A DNA stretch of 64,000 nt from Longimicrobiales bacterium (GTDB lineage: Bacteria > Gemmatimonadota > Gemmatimonadetes > Longimicrobiales > Gaopeijiaceae): the NCBI GenBank assembly GCA_965116905.1, contig OZ220732.1, forward strand, positions 1,120,001 through 1,184,000. The letters run 5' to 3'. Each line of letters starts with the position of its first letter. Within the stretch, counting starts at the first letter, position 1. The notes beneath the pieces were generated by a model. It was not told the DNA's origin. It did not search any database and saw only the letters and a program-made list of their open reading frames with translations. Of the stretch, positions 46,276 to 56,324 are shown one piece after another. The position numbers and the translations under genes are program-made.

Positions 46276-49200
46276 ATGAGACCAAACTTCCGTTTGAAAC
46301 AGCCCACACGACCGTTGTGGGGGCTCGCCGCGGCAGGTGCGGCGGGCTTCGTGGCCCTGGCGCTGGCGGTTGCGCCGCTGGCCGCTCAGAACACCATCAC
46401 CGGTACGGTCGTGGACGGCACCACCCAGCGCCCGCTCGGCGGTGCGCAGGTCCAGGTGGAAGGGACCAATCTCGGTGTCCTCACGGACAACCGGGGCCGG
46501 TTCCTGATCCTCAACGTCCCGACGGCCACGGTCACCGTGCGCGTGGTGATGATCGGCTACCGCGAGGCCACGGCCAGCGCGAGCACCGGTCAGGCGGTCA
46601 CCATCGAGCTGCAGGAGACCGCGATTTCGCTCGACGAGATCGTGGTCACCGGCGTGGTCGGCGAGCAGACGGCACGGGCGGTCGGCAACTCGATCGGCCA
46701 GGTCAACGCGGCCGAGCTCGAGGCGTTGGCTCCGGCCGCCGATGTGCAGCGCATGATCAGCGCGACCGTTCCCGGTGTGCGCGTCTCCATGGCCGGCGGC
46801 GAGATCGGTGCCGGCGGGTCCACACGGATCCGGGGCGTCGCCAGTCTCTCGCTGGGTGCTCAGCCACTCGTGTATGTGGACGGCGTTCGCGTGAATGGAC
46901 AGGAAAGCAACGCCGCCTTCGGCTGGTACGCCTTCAACGGCAACTCGCAGCCCTCGCGCCTTGCCGACTTCAACCCGGATGAGATCGAGAGCATCGAGAT
47001 CATCAAGGGCCCCGCGGCGGCGACGCTCTACGGGACGGAAGCCTCCAATGGCGTGATCCAGATCATCACCAAGAGGGGCCGGACGGGTGCGCCGAGGATC
47101 AACGTCACCATGAAGCAGGGCGCCAACTTCTATCCGAACGTCTACAACATGTTCCCCGAATCGTGGTACATGTGCGAAGGCGTGTCCCAGACTGTCGACG
47201 TGGATGATCGCCTGCGGTGCAACCCGGGAGAGGTTACTCCTTTCAACGTGCTGCAGACCGACCGCGACGTCTACGGCAACGAGTGGTTCCAGACGGGCCA
47301 CTCGCAGTCGTACGGGGCAGACGTCACGGGTGGCACCCAGCAGATCACCTACTTTGTCTCGGCGGACTGGGACCGTGACGAGGGCGTCGTCTGGTACAAC
47401 TGGAAGAACCGCATGAGCGGGCGCGCCAATCTGACCTACACCCCGTCCGAGAAGCTGGAACTGAACTTCGGTCTGGGCGCGATCCGCAGCAAGGCCCAGT
47501 CGGCGTCGGCCCAGCAGGCACTGCCAACGGCGATCATCTGGGCCTGTCCCTCGCCGGGCTGTGAAGCGGGTTCGAACAAGCCCAGCGACATCGCCGGCGG
47601 GTTCCGGGGCTACATCGCCTATCTGCCCGAGGCCTACGAGGAAGACATCGAGGGCTTCCAGCACGTGGACCGCACGACCTTCTCGCTCGAAGCGCGTCAC
47701 GAGCCCTTCGAGTGGCTGACGCACCGGGCCATCGTGGGCGGCGACTTCAGCGGCGTCAGGAACTCCGAGCTCTATCGTGCGACCGGCCGTCAACCCGCCG
47801 GGCAGTTCACGCCCTGGGGACGCAAGACGATCATCAACCTCAACACCAGCTACTTCTCGATCGACTACCAGGCCAACGGCATCTTCGATTTCGGAGGCAT
47901 GACCTTCACCACCTCCGGCGGCCTGCAGTATTACCAGCGGCAGGAGTCGTCGACTTTTGCGCACGGCGAGACTTTCCCGGTCGACGCGCTCGAAACCGTT
48001 TCATCGGGTTCGACGAAGCGGGCAGAAGAGGATTTCCTCGAGAACAAGACATTCGGCGTGTTCGTGCAGGAACAGGTTGCCATGGGCGACCGTCTCTTCG
48101 TGACCGGCGCCGTGCGTGGAGACGACAACAGCGCGTTCGGCACGAACTTCGACTTCGTCGTGTATCCGAAGCTGTCGGCATCATACGTGATCAGCGACGA
48201 GCCGGCCTTCCAGGACATGCTGCCCGGGGTCAACACGCTGAAGCTGAGGGCGGCCTGGGGGAAAGCCGGTAAGCAGCCGGACGTCTTCGACGCGATCCAG
48301 ACCTATACGCCCACGGTGGGTCCCGGGGGTGCTTCGGTTCTCACTCCCGAGAACATCGGCAACCCGGACCTCAAGCCCGAGGTCGGAACCGAGATCGAGC
48401 TGGGCTTCGATGCCGGCCTGATGGACGACCTGATTGGTCTTGAGTTCACCGTCTACAGCCAGACGACGAACGACGCCCTGGTTCGTGTGCCCGTCATCCC
48501 CTCGAAGGGATTCCCCGGGGTTCAGTTCCGGAACATCGGCCAGATCAGCAACAAGGGCATCGAAGTCGGGATCAACGGTCAGGTGTACAACTCCGAGGCC
48601 TTCAGCCTGGATGTGGGGGCCACGTTCTCCACCTTCGACAACGAGGTCACCGACCTGGGAGGTCAGCCTCCGATCGTACAGAGTTCCTCGAGCCTGAACC
48701 GGCAGTTCCACGTCGAGGGCTTCCCGCTGGGCAGCATGTTCTACAGGCGCGTGATCAGCGCGCAGCTCGACGGCTCCAGCGGGCGCAACGTCGCGACCAA
48801 CCTCATGTGCGAGGGTGGCGAGAAGGCCGGCGACTCCGACTTCTCGTGGGGAGGCGGTTCGCCCGTTCCCTGCGCCGACGCGCCAGAAGTGTACTGGGGT
48901 CAGCCGATTCCCAACGTCGAAGGCGGCATCTACACCAATCTGCGCATCGGGCAGAACCTGTCGCTGTATGCGCTGGTCGATTATGTGGGGGGGCACCACC
49001 TGAGCCTGGGAGACGTCAGCGCGCAGCATCGGTTCTTCATCAACTCCAGGGCGATCCTCGAACGTACGGACCCCATTCTGCTGGGGTATGAGGCACTCGG
49101 TGCCGGAGGTCTCGCGCAGTCGGGCGTTGTGGCAGGCGACTTCATGAAGCTGCGGACGCTGTCGGCTTCCTATACACTGCCGGAATCCATTGCCGAGATG

Positions 49201-49404
49201 GTGTGGGCCAGCCGGGTCGCGGTCACCGCTTCGGTCGACAACCTGTGGACGATCTGGCAGAAGTCGAAGGACTCCTTCGGGCACCCGATCATGGACATCG
49301 AGCGCGCGCGCCAGAGTCCCGGTCAGTTCGGGCTCAACGGGTACGTGCAGGAGGGTTGGCCTCAGCTGACCCGCTTCGTGTCCACGTTCCGGTTCACATT
49401 CTAG
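46276..49404 (+). CDS. SusC/RagA TonB-dependent receptor
   Basis: IVVTG, IIKGPAAATLYGTEASNGVIQIITK, GNPDLKPE, terminal FTF; AAGGA RBS. Confidence 0.95.
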   Translation: MRPNFRLKQPTRPLWGLAAAGAAGFVALALAVAPLAAQNTITGTVVDGTTQRPLGGAQVQVEGTNLGVLTDNRGRFLILNVPTATVTVRVVMIGYREATASASTGQAVTIELQETAISLDEIVVTGVVGEQTARAVGNSIGQVNAAELEALAPAADVQRMISATVPGVRVSMAGGEIGAGGSTRIRGVASLSLGAQPLVYVDGVRVNGQESNAAFGWYAFNGNSQPSRLADFNPDEIESIEIIKGPAAATLYGTEASNGVIQIITKRGRTGAPRINVTMKQGANFYPNVYNMFPESWYMCEGVSQTVDVDDRLRCNPGEVTPFNVLQTDRDVYGNEWFQTGHSQSYGADVTGGTQQITYFVSADWDRDEGVVWYNWKNRMSGRANLTYTPSEKLELNFGLGAIRSKAQSASAQQALPTAIIWACPSPGCEAGSNKPSDIAGGFRGYIAYLPEAYEEDIEGFQHVDRTTFSLEARHEPFEWLTHRAIVGGDFSGVRNSELYRATGRQPAGQFTPWGRKTIINLNTSYFSIDYQANGIFDFGGMTFTTSGGLQYYQRQESSTFAHGETFPVDALETVSSGSTKRAEEDFLENKTFGVFVQEQVAMGDRLFVTGAVRGDDNSAFGTNFDFVVYPKLSASYVISDEPAFQDMLPGVNTLKLRAAWGKAGKQPDVFDAIQTYTPTVGPGGASVLTPENIGNPDLKPEVGTEIELGFDAGLMDDLIGLEFTVYSQTTNDALVRVPVIPSKGFPGVQFRNIGQISNKGIEVGINGQVYNSEAFSLDVGATFSTFDNEVTDLGGQPPIVQSSSSLNRQFHVEGFPLGSMFYRRVISAQLDGSSGRNVATNLMCEGGEKAGDSDFSWGGGSPVPCADAPEVYWGQPIPNVEGGIYTNLRIGQNLSLYALVDYVGGHHLSLGDVSAQHRFFINSRAILERTDPILLGYEALGAGGLAQSGVVAGDFMKLRTLSASYTLPESIAEMVWASRVAVTASVDNLWTIWQKSKDSFGHPIMDIERARQSPGQFGLNGYVQEGWPQLTRFVSTFRFTF

Positions 49405-49416
49405 ATCACAGGAGAG

Positions 49417-50757
49417 ATGAAAATGAGAGCAAGAAACAGACTGGCGGGTGCGGTCCTGTTCGTGGCTTCATCCCTCGTGTTCTCAGGGTGTAGCCTGGAT
49501 GACATTCTGGCGGTGCATGTGCCCGGGAAGGTGCTGGAAGAGGCCTTGAACAGTTCGTCGCTGGCCGACGTGCTGACGACGGGTGTGGTCGCGGAGGTCG
49601 AGTGCAGCTGGAACCAGTACGTTGCCGGCTCGGCACACCACTCCGACGAATACGTGCCGACCTCGGGCAACCTCACAATGAGGAACTGGGGCCAGCGCAA
49701 GATCTACGCATCCGATGCGGGGTATGCGCAGGGCACTTGCGGCGGCTGGGGCTATCCGATGTTTACGCCGCTGCACACGGCGCGTTTCCAGGCGGAGGAC
49801 GTGTCCACGAGATTGGCGGGGTTCCCCCCTGACGAGGTGCCGAACGTTGCATCCCTGCAAGCGACGGCCGCCGTTTGGGGTGCATTCCCGCTGGTAGCGA
49901 TGGGCGAGGGGTTCTGCCGCATGGCGATCGACGGGGGTGCCGTGATGCAGCCGGCCGAGGTGCAGGCCCAAGCCGAGCAGCGGTTCACTTCAGCGATCTC
50001 GCTGGCCCAGGCGGCCGGTGATGAGACGCTGGCCATGCAGGGCACGCTGGGGCGTGCGCGGGTTCGTATCGCGCAGGGCAATTATGCCGGCGCGATCGCC
50101 GACGCCTCCCAGATCCCGGATGGGTTCATCGTCAACGTAAGCCGTGACGCTGCCGAGTCGCGACGCTACAACTACTACTTCGAGCGGTTGAACGCGCCAA
50201 CGGGATTCCGGGCCCATGGTTCGGTGGCCGACAACTACCAGAATCTGACCATTGGCGCGGACGGGATGCCGATGGACGGCGGTGACGGGGTGAAGGACAC
50301 CCGCGTCAACGTCAAGACCGACGGCACGGAGGCCGCGGACTTTGCGACGATCCTGTATTATCACGACAAGTACAATTCGCGCAGCGACCCGCTCCCCCTG
50401 GTGCACTGGCACGAGGCCCGCATGTTCGAGGCCGAGGCGTTGGCCATGCAGGGCGATGTCGCGGGCGCACTGGGCAAGATCAACGGCCTCCGCATGGCCG
50501 CAGGGCTTCCCGAAGTCACCGCGGACGTGGGTGCCGGGCAGATCATGGACCTGGTCAAGGAGGAGCGTCGTCGCCAGCTGTTCGTGTTGGGCGGACATCG
50601 CCTGCACGACATGCTGCGCTTCGACATTCCGTTCCTCGGAGAGCCCGGCTCGATCCATCCGAACGGTCTCGACCAGACGGGGGCGGAGTACGGCAACCTG
50701 ACGTGCTTCCAGCTCCCCGAGGTGGAGGTCAAGGGGAACGAGAACATCAGCAGCTGA
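49417..50757 (+). CDS. SusD/RagB lipoprotein
   Basis: Lipobox FSGC, EARMFEAEA, INGLR, EERRRQLF..GHRLHD. Confidence 0.9.
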   Translation: MKMRARNRLAGAVLFVASSLVFSGCSLDDILAVHVPGKVLEEALNSSSLADVLTTGVVAEVECSWNQYVAGSAHHSDEYVPTSGNLTMRNWGQRKIYASDAGYAQGTCGGWGYPMFTPLHTARFQAEDVSTRLAGFPPDEVPNVASLQATAAVWGAFPLVAMGEGFCRMAIDGGAVMQPAEVQAQAEQRFTSAISLAQAAGDETLAMQGTLGRARVRIAQGNYAGAIADASQIPDGFIVNVSRDAAESRRYNYYFERLNAPTGFRAHGSVADNYQNLTIGADGMPMDGGDGVKDTRVNVKTDGTEAADFATILYYHDKYNSRSDPLPLVHWHEARMFEAEALAMQGDVAGALGKINGLRMAAGLPEVTADVGAGQIMDLVKEERRRQLFVLGGHRLHDMLRFDIPFLGEPGSIHPNGLDQTGAEYGNLTCFQLPEVEVKGNENISS

Positions 50758-50779
50758 TATCGGCTGAAGGGAAGGCATC

Positions 50780-50820
50780 GCGGGGCTGCCGCTTGCGTTC
50801 TGGCGGCAGCCCCGCTTCTC
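50780..50820 (+). terminator. Intrinsic terminator or mRNA-stabilising hairpin
   Basis: GCGGGGCTGCCGC-10 nt-GCGGCAGCCCCGC followed by TTCTC. Confidence 0.65.
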
Positions 50821-50872
50821 ATAATGGTGGGGTGGTGGAAGAGCAATCCGGATACAGCAAAGGAGGAATCCC

Positions 50873-53800
50873 ATGAGACGAAGCTTCCGTTCGAACCGAA
50901 CTGGCCCACGATTGTGGCGACTCGCCTTCGTGGGCGCGGCCGGTTGCATGGCCTTGGCGCTCGCCATCGCCCCGCTGGCCGCTCAAAACACCATCACTGG
51001 CGCGGTCGTGGACGGCACGACCAGTCGGCCGCTTGTCGGTGCCCAGGTACTGATCGACGGGACCGAGATCGGCAGCCTCACCGACAACAGGGGAAGGTTC
51101 CTCATCCTCAACGCACCCTCGGCGTCGGTCACCTTGCGTGTCATCATGATCGGCTACCGCGAGGCCACGGCCACGGCCAACGCCGACCAGGCCGTCACCA
51201 TCGAGATGCAGGAGTCGGCCATCTCCCTGGACGAGATCGTTGTCACCGGCACGGTGGGAGAGCAGCAGGCCCGATCCATCGGGAACGCCATCGGGCGCGT
51301 CGACGCGTCGCTGCTTCAGGAAAGGGCTCCGGTGGCGGAGGTGCAGTCACTCCTTTCGGCGACCGTCCCGGGTGTGCGAATCATGAACACGGGCGGCGCC
51401 ATAGGAGAGGGCGGGGTCACACGCATTCGAGGAGTCGCCTCCCTGACGCTGGCCGCGACACCCATCGTCGTGGTGGACGGCATTCGCGTGAACGGCGACG
51501 ACGGCGACTCGGGCCTGCTTTGCGGTGTGGGTGCCGACTGCGGTGACTCGCCGTCCCGGATCAACGACTTCGACCCCGACGAGATCGAGAGCATCGAGGT
51601 GATCAAGGGACCCGCCGCCGCCACCCTGTACGGGACGGAAGCGTCGAACGGCGTGATCCAGATCATCACCAAACGGGGAGCACGTGGTGCGCCCCAGGTG
51701 ACCGCCCGCATGCGGCAGGGCGCGTCCTGGATGCCCAACCCGATCGACCTGGTGCCGCCCACCTACTACAGGAGCTCCTCGGGCGAGATCGTCGAGGTCA
51801 ACGTTCTCCAGCACGACAAGGAAAACACCTTTGGTCTGCTGGACTGCGACCCCAGTATCTATACCGGGTGTCAGGCGAACGGTGGCCGCGACTGGTTCCG
51901 GACCGGCCACAACCAGTCGTACGGAGCGGACGTGAGCGGGGGCACCGAGACCGTGACCTACTACGTGAGCGGCGAGTTCGATCGGCAGGAAGGGCCGGTG
52001 CCCTACAACTGGCAGAACTCCCTGCGCGGCAGGGCGAATCTGACCTACGCTCCCAGCGAGGCACTGAGATTCGACTTCAGCCTCGGGGCCAACCGCTCCA
52101 AGCTGGAGTCCGCCTCGGCGCAGCAGCCGCTGTTGACGGCGGTGATCTGGTCCTGCCCGGCTCCCGGTTGTGAGCCCGGAAGCGGTACGCCGCAGGCGCT
52201 GGACGGACCCTCCCGGGGCTACATCGCCTATCTGCCCGAGGCGTACGAGGATGAAATCGAAGGGATCACCGATGTCGACAGAACGACCTACAGCCTTCAG
52301 GCGCAATGGCGGCCAAGCGAGTGGATGAACCACCGCCTGGTGTTCGGCGGCGACTTCGGCAATCGCACGAACTCCGAGCTGTATCTGGCCACCGGCAACC
52401 TCGGCAACTTCTTCAATACGGGCCAGAAGACGATCGTCAACGAGCGAACCTCGTACGTTTCGGCCGACTATCAGGTCAGCAGCCAGTGGTCGCCGATGGA
52501 CAACGTGACGTTCAACACGGGCGGGGGCGTTCAGTACTATCAGAAGAAGTCCGAGATACTCTGGGGCCGGGGCACGACGTTCCCGGTGAAGTCGCTGGAG
52601 ACGATCCCGTCAGGCTCGACGCGGAGTGCGAACGAGGACTACCGCGAGAACAAGACGTTCGGAGTCTTCCTCCAGGAGCAGATCGGCCTGGGAGACAAGC
52701 TGTTCGTTACCGGGGCCGTTCGGGGTGACGACAACTCCGCTTTCGGTGAGAACTTCGACTTCGTGGTATATCCCAAGCTGTCCGGTTCGTATGTGATCAG
52801 CGACGAGGACTTTTTCGCCGAGAGTGTCGGCTTCGTGCAGCAGCTCAAGCTGCGGGCCGCCTGGGGGAAAGCGGGCCGCCAGCCCGATGTCTTTGACGCG
52901 CTGAGGACGTATGAGCCCTCGGTGGGCCCGGGTGGAGCCTCCACGGTTACGCCGGAGAATATCGGCAACGCGGATCTGAAGCCGGAGGTGGGTACGGAAG
53001 TGGAGATCGGCTTCGACGCGAGCGTCCTTGACGACCGCGTGGGGCTGGAGTTCACCTGGTACGACCAGACGACCAGCGATGCGATCGTCTCCGTCCCGGC
53101 GCTGCCCTCCAACGGTTTCCCCGGAGTGCAGTTCCAGAACATCGGCGAGGTCAGGAACACCGGCATCGAAGCCGGCATCAACGCCAACGTCTTCAACTCC
53201 GACAACCTCAGCGTCGACATTGGCGGCACCTTCTCTACGACAGAGAACGAGATATCGGACCTTGGCGGGCAGCCCGCGATCATCCAGTGGACTTCGGGCG
53301 GCCAGTACCATGTCCAGGGCCAACCGCTCGCCGGCATCTACCACAAGCGTGTGGTCAGCGCGACGATCGAGGACGGCAGCGCCACCAACGTGATGTGCGA
53401 AGGTGGGGAAGTGCTTCCCAGCGCCGAGACGCAGAATCTCTCGCTGGGCGGCGGTGCTCCGGTGCCCTGTGCGAATGCTCCTAGCGTCTATTGGGGACAA
53501 CCGGTTCCCGACAAGGAGGGCAGTGCCTACGCCAGCATCTCGATCGGTCGCAACCTCCAGCTGTATGGACTGGTCGACTATGTTGGCGGACGTACGCTGA
53601 TCAGCGGCGACATCGCCGCGCAGCACCGCTTCTTCATCAACTCGAGAGCCATCCTGGAGCGTACCGATCCCATCCTCCTCGGCTACGAGTCGCTTGGAGG
53701 GATCGGGCTCTGGCAACCGGGGATCATCAGCGGGGACTTCGCGAAGCTGCGTACGGTCTCCGCCAGCTACACGCTGCCAGGCGAATGGGCGAGCCGTCTC

Positions 53801-54004
53801 AACGCGTCGCGGGTAAACCTCAATGTTGCCGTGAACAACCTGTTGACCCTCTGGGTGGGCGACGCCGAGAGATTCGGTGTGAGACAGATGGACCCCGAAG
53901 TAGCGAACCAGCTCGGCGGTTCCACGGCTGGACTCAGCGCCTACAATCAGGAAGGCTGGCCCCAGCTCAGGACCTTCACGACGACCCTCAGGATCACATT
54001 CTGA
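50873..54004 (+). CDS. SusC/RagA TonB-dependent receptor (paralog of 46276-49404)
   Basis: Same motifs and long identical peptides; AAGGAGG RBS; terminal ITF. Confidence 0.95.
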   Translation: MRRSFRSNRTGPRLWRLAFVGAAGCMALALAIAPLAAQNTITGAVVDGTTSRPLVGAQVLIDGTEIGSLTDNRGRFLILNAPSASVTLRVIMIGYREATATANADQAVTIEMQESAISLDEIVVTGTVGEQQARSIGNAIGRVDASLLQERAPVAEVQSLLSATVPGVRIMNTGGAIGEGGVTRIRGVASLTLAATPIVVVDGIRVNGDDGDSGLLCGVGADCGDSPSRINDFDPDEIESIEVIKGPAAATLYGTEASNGVIQIITKRGARGAPQVTARMRQGASWMPNPIDLVPPTYYRSSSGEIVEVNVLQHDKENTFGLLDCDPSIYTGCQANGGRDWFRTGHNQSYGADVSGGTETVTYYVSGEFDRQEGPVPYNWQNSLRGRANLTYAPSEALRFDFSLGANRSKLESASAQQPLLTAVIWSCPAPGCEPGSGTPQALDGPSRGYIAYLPEAYEDEIEGITDVDRTTYSLQAQWRPSEWMNHRLVFGGDFGNRTNSELYLATGNLGNFFNTGQKTIVNERTSYVSADYQVSSQWSPMDNVTFNTGGGVQYYQKKSEILWGRGTTFPVKSLETIPSGSTRSANEDYRENKTFGVFLQEQIGLGDKLFVTGAVRGDDNSAFGENFDFVVYPKLSGSYVISDEDFFAESVGFVQQLKLRAAWGKAGRQPDVFDALRTYEPSVGPGGASTVTPENIGNADLKPEVGTEVEIGFDASVLDDRVGLEFTWYDQTTSDAIVSVPALPSNGFPGVQFQNIGEVRNTGIEAGINANVFNSDNLSVDIGGTFSTTENEISDLGGQPAIIQWTSGGQYHVQGQPLAGIYHKRVVSATIEDGSATNVMCEGGEVLPSAETQNLSLGGGAPVPCANAPSVYWGQPVPDKEGSAYASISIGRNLQLYGLVDYVGGRTLISGDIAAQHRFFINSRAILERTDPILLGYESLGGIGLWQPGIISGDFAKLRTVSASYTLPGEWASRLNASRVNLNVAVNNLLTLWVGDAERFGVRQMDPEVANQLGGSTAGLSAYNQEGWPQLRTFTTTLRITF

Positions 54005-54048
54005 TGTGGGCCCTGACCGAAGTACACGACCAGATCGGGAGCGGTTCC

Positions 54049-55410
54049 ATGACTACAAGAATCAGAAACGCCGGGCGGCGGGCCGCGATCGGCCTTCTGA
54101 TGCCGGCCATTTTGTCGACTGCGGGATGCGACCTGGACGCGATCCTGGAGGTGGATATCCCGGGCAAAGTGGACGCGAATTCGCTGAGTGACCCTGCGCT
54201 CGCAACCGTCCTTGTGAACTCGGTGATCGGAGATGCCGAGTGCGCCTGGAGCAACTTCGCCGCCGCGGCATCGCACCACTCGGACGAGTGGATTCCGACA
54301 TCGGGGAATCTCAACATGCGGGAGTGGGGACAGCGCAAGATGAGCTTGCAGTCGTCATCCGGAAGCCAGCTGGCGCAAGGCTCCTGCGCAAGCAACTACG
54401 GCATCTACACGCCGCTTCAGACCGCCAGGTTCCAGAACGAGGACGTCTTCTCCAAGCTGGCCGAATTCGATGCCGGGGACGTGCCGGACAAGGCCCGGAT
54501 GCAGGGGACCGTACGCTTGTATGGAGGCTGGTCTCTGCTCGCGCTGGGTGAGGGCTTCTGCTCGATGGCGCTCGACGGTGGCGCGGAAATGCAGCCCGAC
54601 CAGGTGTTTGCCGAGGCGGTGCAGAAGTTTACCGAGGCGATCAGCGGTGCCGGAGACCCCACAATGGTTGCTGCGGCGTACGCCGGCCGGGCCCGCGCCA
54701 AGCTGGACATGGGAGATTGGTCCGGTGCGATTTCCGACGCGCAGCAGGTTCCGGAAGGCTTCAAGTTCGCGGCCGACCGTGCGGCGGACAACGACAGGCG
54801 AATGAACCAGTTGCAACGTCGGCTCAACGACACCAACGACGGGGTCAGCAAGCACGGATCCGTCGCGAACCACTTCAGGGATCTGACGGTGAGCGACGCC
54901 GGCGATCTGACGCAGAACGACGGGATGCCGGATCCGAGGGTTCCGGTACGGACGATCGGCAACCAGGCCTTCGACTTCTCCACGATCCACTACTTCACGG
55001 ACAAGTACACGTCGCGCGCCGATCCGGCGCCGATGGCGTCATGGGAAGCGGCTCAGTTGATTATCGCCGAGGCGTCGGCCCAGATGGGCGATGTGGCGAT
55101 GGCCGTCGGCGTGATCAACACGCTGCGGGCGAAGGCTGGGTTGCCCGAGTGGGCGGGCGGAGCATCGGCGTCGCAGGCGGACGTCATCGCCGCGGTGCTG
55201 GCGGAGCGTTCGCGCGAGCTCTTCGTGGAGCAGGCATGGCGCTTCAACGACATGTTGCAATACCGTGGCTCGGCCCAGCAGATTCCGTTCCTGGGCGAGC
55301 CGGGCTCGATTCACCCGAACGGACTGGATCAGACGGGTGCCGAGTACGGTACCGTGACGTGTTGGGAACTGCCCCTGGTGGAGACCAACGGCAACGAAAA
55401 CATCGGCTGA
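54049..55410 (+). CDS. SusD/RagB lipoprotein (paralog of 49417-50757)
   Basis: Lipobox TAGC, EAAQLIIAEA, INTLR, ERSRELF; shared IPFLGEPGSIHPNGLDQTGAEYG. Confidence 0.9.
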   Translation: MTTRIRNAGRRAAIGLLMPAILSTAGCDLDAILEVDIPGKVDANSLSDPALATVLVNSVIGDAECAWSNFAAAASHHSDEWIPTSGNLNMREWGQRKMSLQSSSGSQLAQGSCASNYGIYTPLQTARFQNEDVFSKLAEFDAGDVPDKARMQGTVRLYGGWSLLALGEGFCSMALDGGAEMQPDQVFAEAVQKFTEAISGAGDPTMVAAAYAGRARAKLDMGDWSGAISDAQQVPEGFKFAADRAADNDRRMNQLQRRLNDTNDGVSKHGSVANHFRDLTVSDAGDLTQNDGMPDPRVPVRTIGNQAFDFSTIHYFTDKYTSRADPAPMASWEAAQLIIAEASAQMGDVAMAVGVINTLRAKAGLPEWAGGASASQADVIAAVLAERSRELFVEQAWRFNDMLQYRGSAQQIPFLGEPGSIHPNGLDQTGAEYGTVTCWELPLVETNGNENIG

Positions 55411-55425
55411 CCACAGGCACCACAG

Positions 55426-55460
55426 GCGGGGGCGGGTCCGGCAGCCGGGCCCGCCCCCGC
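55426..55460. terminator. Hairpin between convergent genes (bidirectional terminator candidate)
   Basis: GCGGGGGCGGGTCCGG-CAG-CCGGGCCCGCCCCCGC. Confidence 0.7.
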
Positions 55461-55466
55461 GCCGTT

Positions 55467-56210
55467 CTACTTGCCCCCGCCGCCTCGCCGCGTCGTGATC
55501 AGCACGACGCCGTCGGCCGCGTCGGGTCCGTACTCGGCGCCCGCGGCCGGGCCCTTGAGCACCTCGATGCGCGCGATCGTTCCGGGATCGATGAGTTCGA
55601 GGGCGCCCATGCCGCCGCCGTACCCGAGCGGTTCCACGCGAACGCCGTCGATGAATACGACGGGGTGCCGGTTGAAGGTGAAGCTCTTGGCGCCGCGCAC
55701 CCGCAGATAGTATCCCGTTCCGACCGCTCCACTGGTCCGAACCAGAGTCACGCCCGTAACCCCGTCCAGCACGTCGCGGACGCCCCGGCCGCCTTCGAGT
55801 TCTTCGCGCCGGATCGTCGCGTCCGGTATTTCTACCGACTGCATCGCACGGGCGACGATTTCGCGCAGGACAAAGGCGGGAGCCATCATCTCGAAGTCGC
55901 GAAGCAGCAGGGTGGAGCCCTCCACGGTCAGGCGCTCCGCGAGCCCGACATGGTCAGGATGGGTTATGCGGATCACGGACACGCCCACGGGGACCGAGAG
56001 CAGCGAATAGCTCCCGTCTTCGCCGGTCCGGTTGACCACGCTCGTGCCCACGATCCGCACGACCGCGCCTTCGACCGGCTCCCCCGTCATGGCGGAGCGC
56101 ACGACGCCCCGCAGCGTGGCACCAACCTGGCCGGAAAGCGGCGTAGCGGCCGCCAGGAACAGCAACGCACCCGGCAACAGGATCGCGGTCTCGCGCAGGC
56201 GCACCCGCAT
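55467..56210 (-). CDS. Carboxypeptidase-regulatory-like plus TonB plug domain protein, no barrel
   Basis: Signal peptide, GVVRSAMTGEPVEGA, VRG..PVVFIDGV, IEVLKGPAA..YG..A.DGVVLITTR then stop; start 56210 or 56288. Confidence 0.82.
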   Translation of the reverse strand: MRVRLRETAILLPGALLFLAAATPLSGQVGATLRGVVRSAMTGEPVEGAVVRIVGTSVVNRTGEDGSYSLLSVPVGVSVIRITHPDHVGLAERLTVEGSTLLLRDFEMMAPAFVLREIVARAMQSVEIPDATIRREELEGGRGVRDVLDGVTGVTLVRTSGAVGTGYYLRVRGAKSFTFNRHPVVFIDGVRVEPLGYGGGMGALELIDPGTIARIEVLKGPAAGAEYGPDAADGVVLITTRRGGGGK

Positions 56211-56324
56211 GGGACGGCACCCGGTCCTCGCTGACCGGCGCACAGCGCTCCGCGACACCGGCCTCTTCCACAAGATCAAGTCCTTCATATCGAACCCTAC
56301 GCTCGCCTTGAGAAGCGAGTTACA

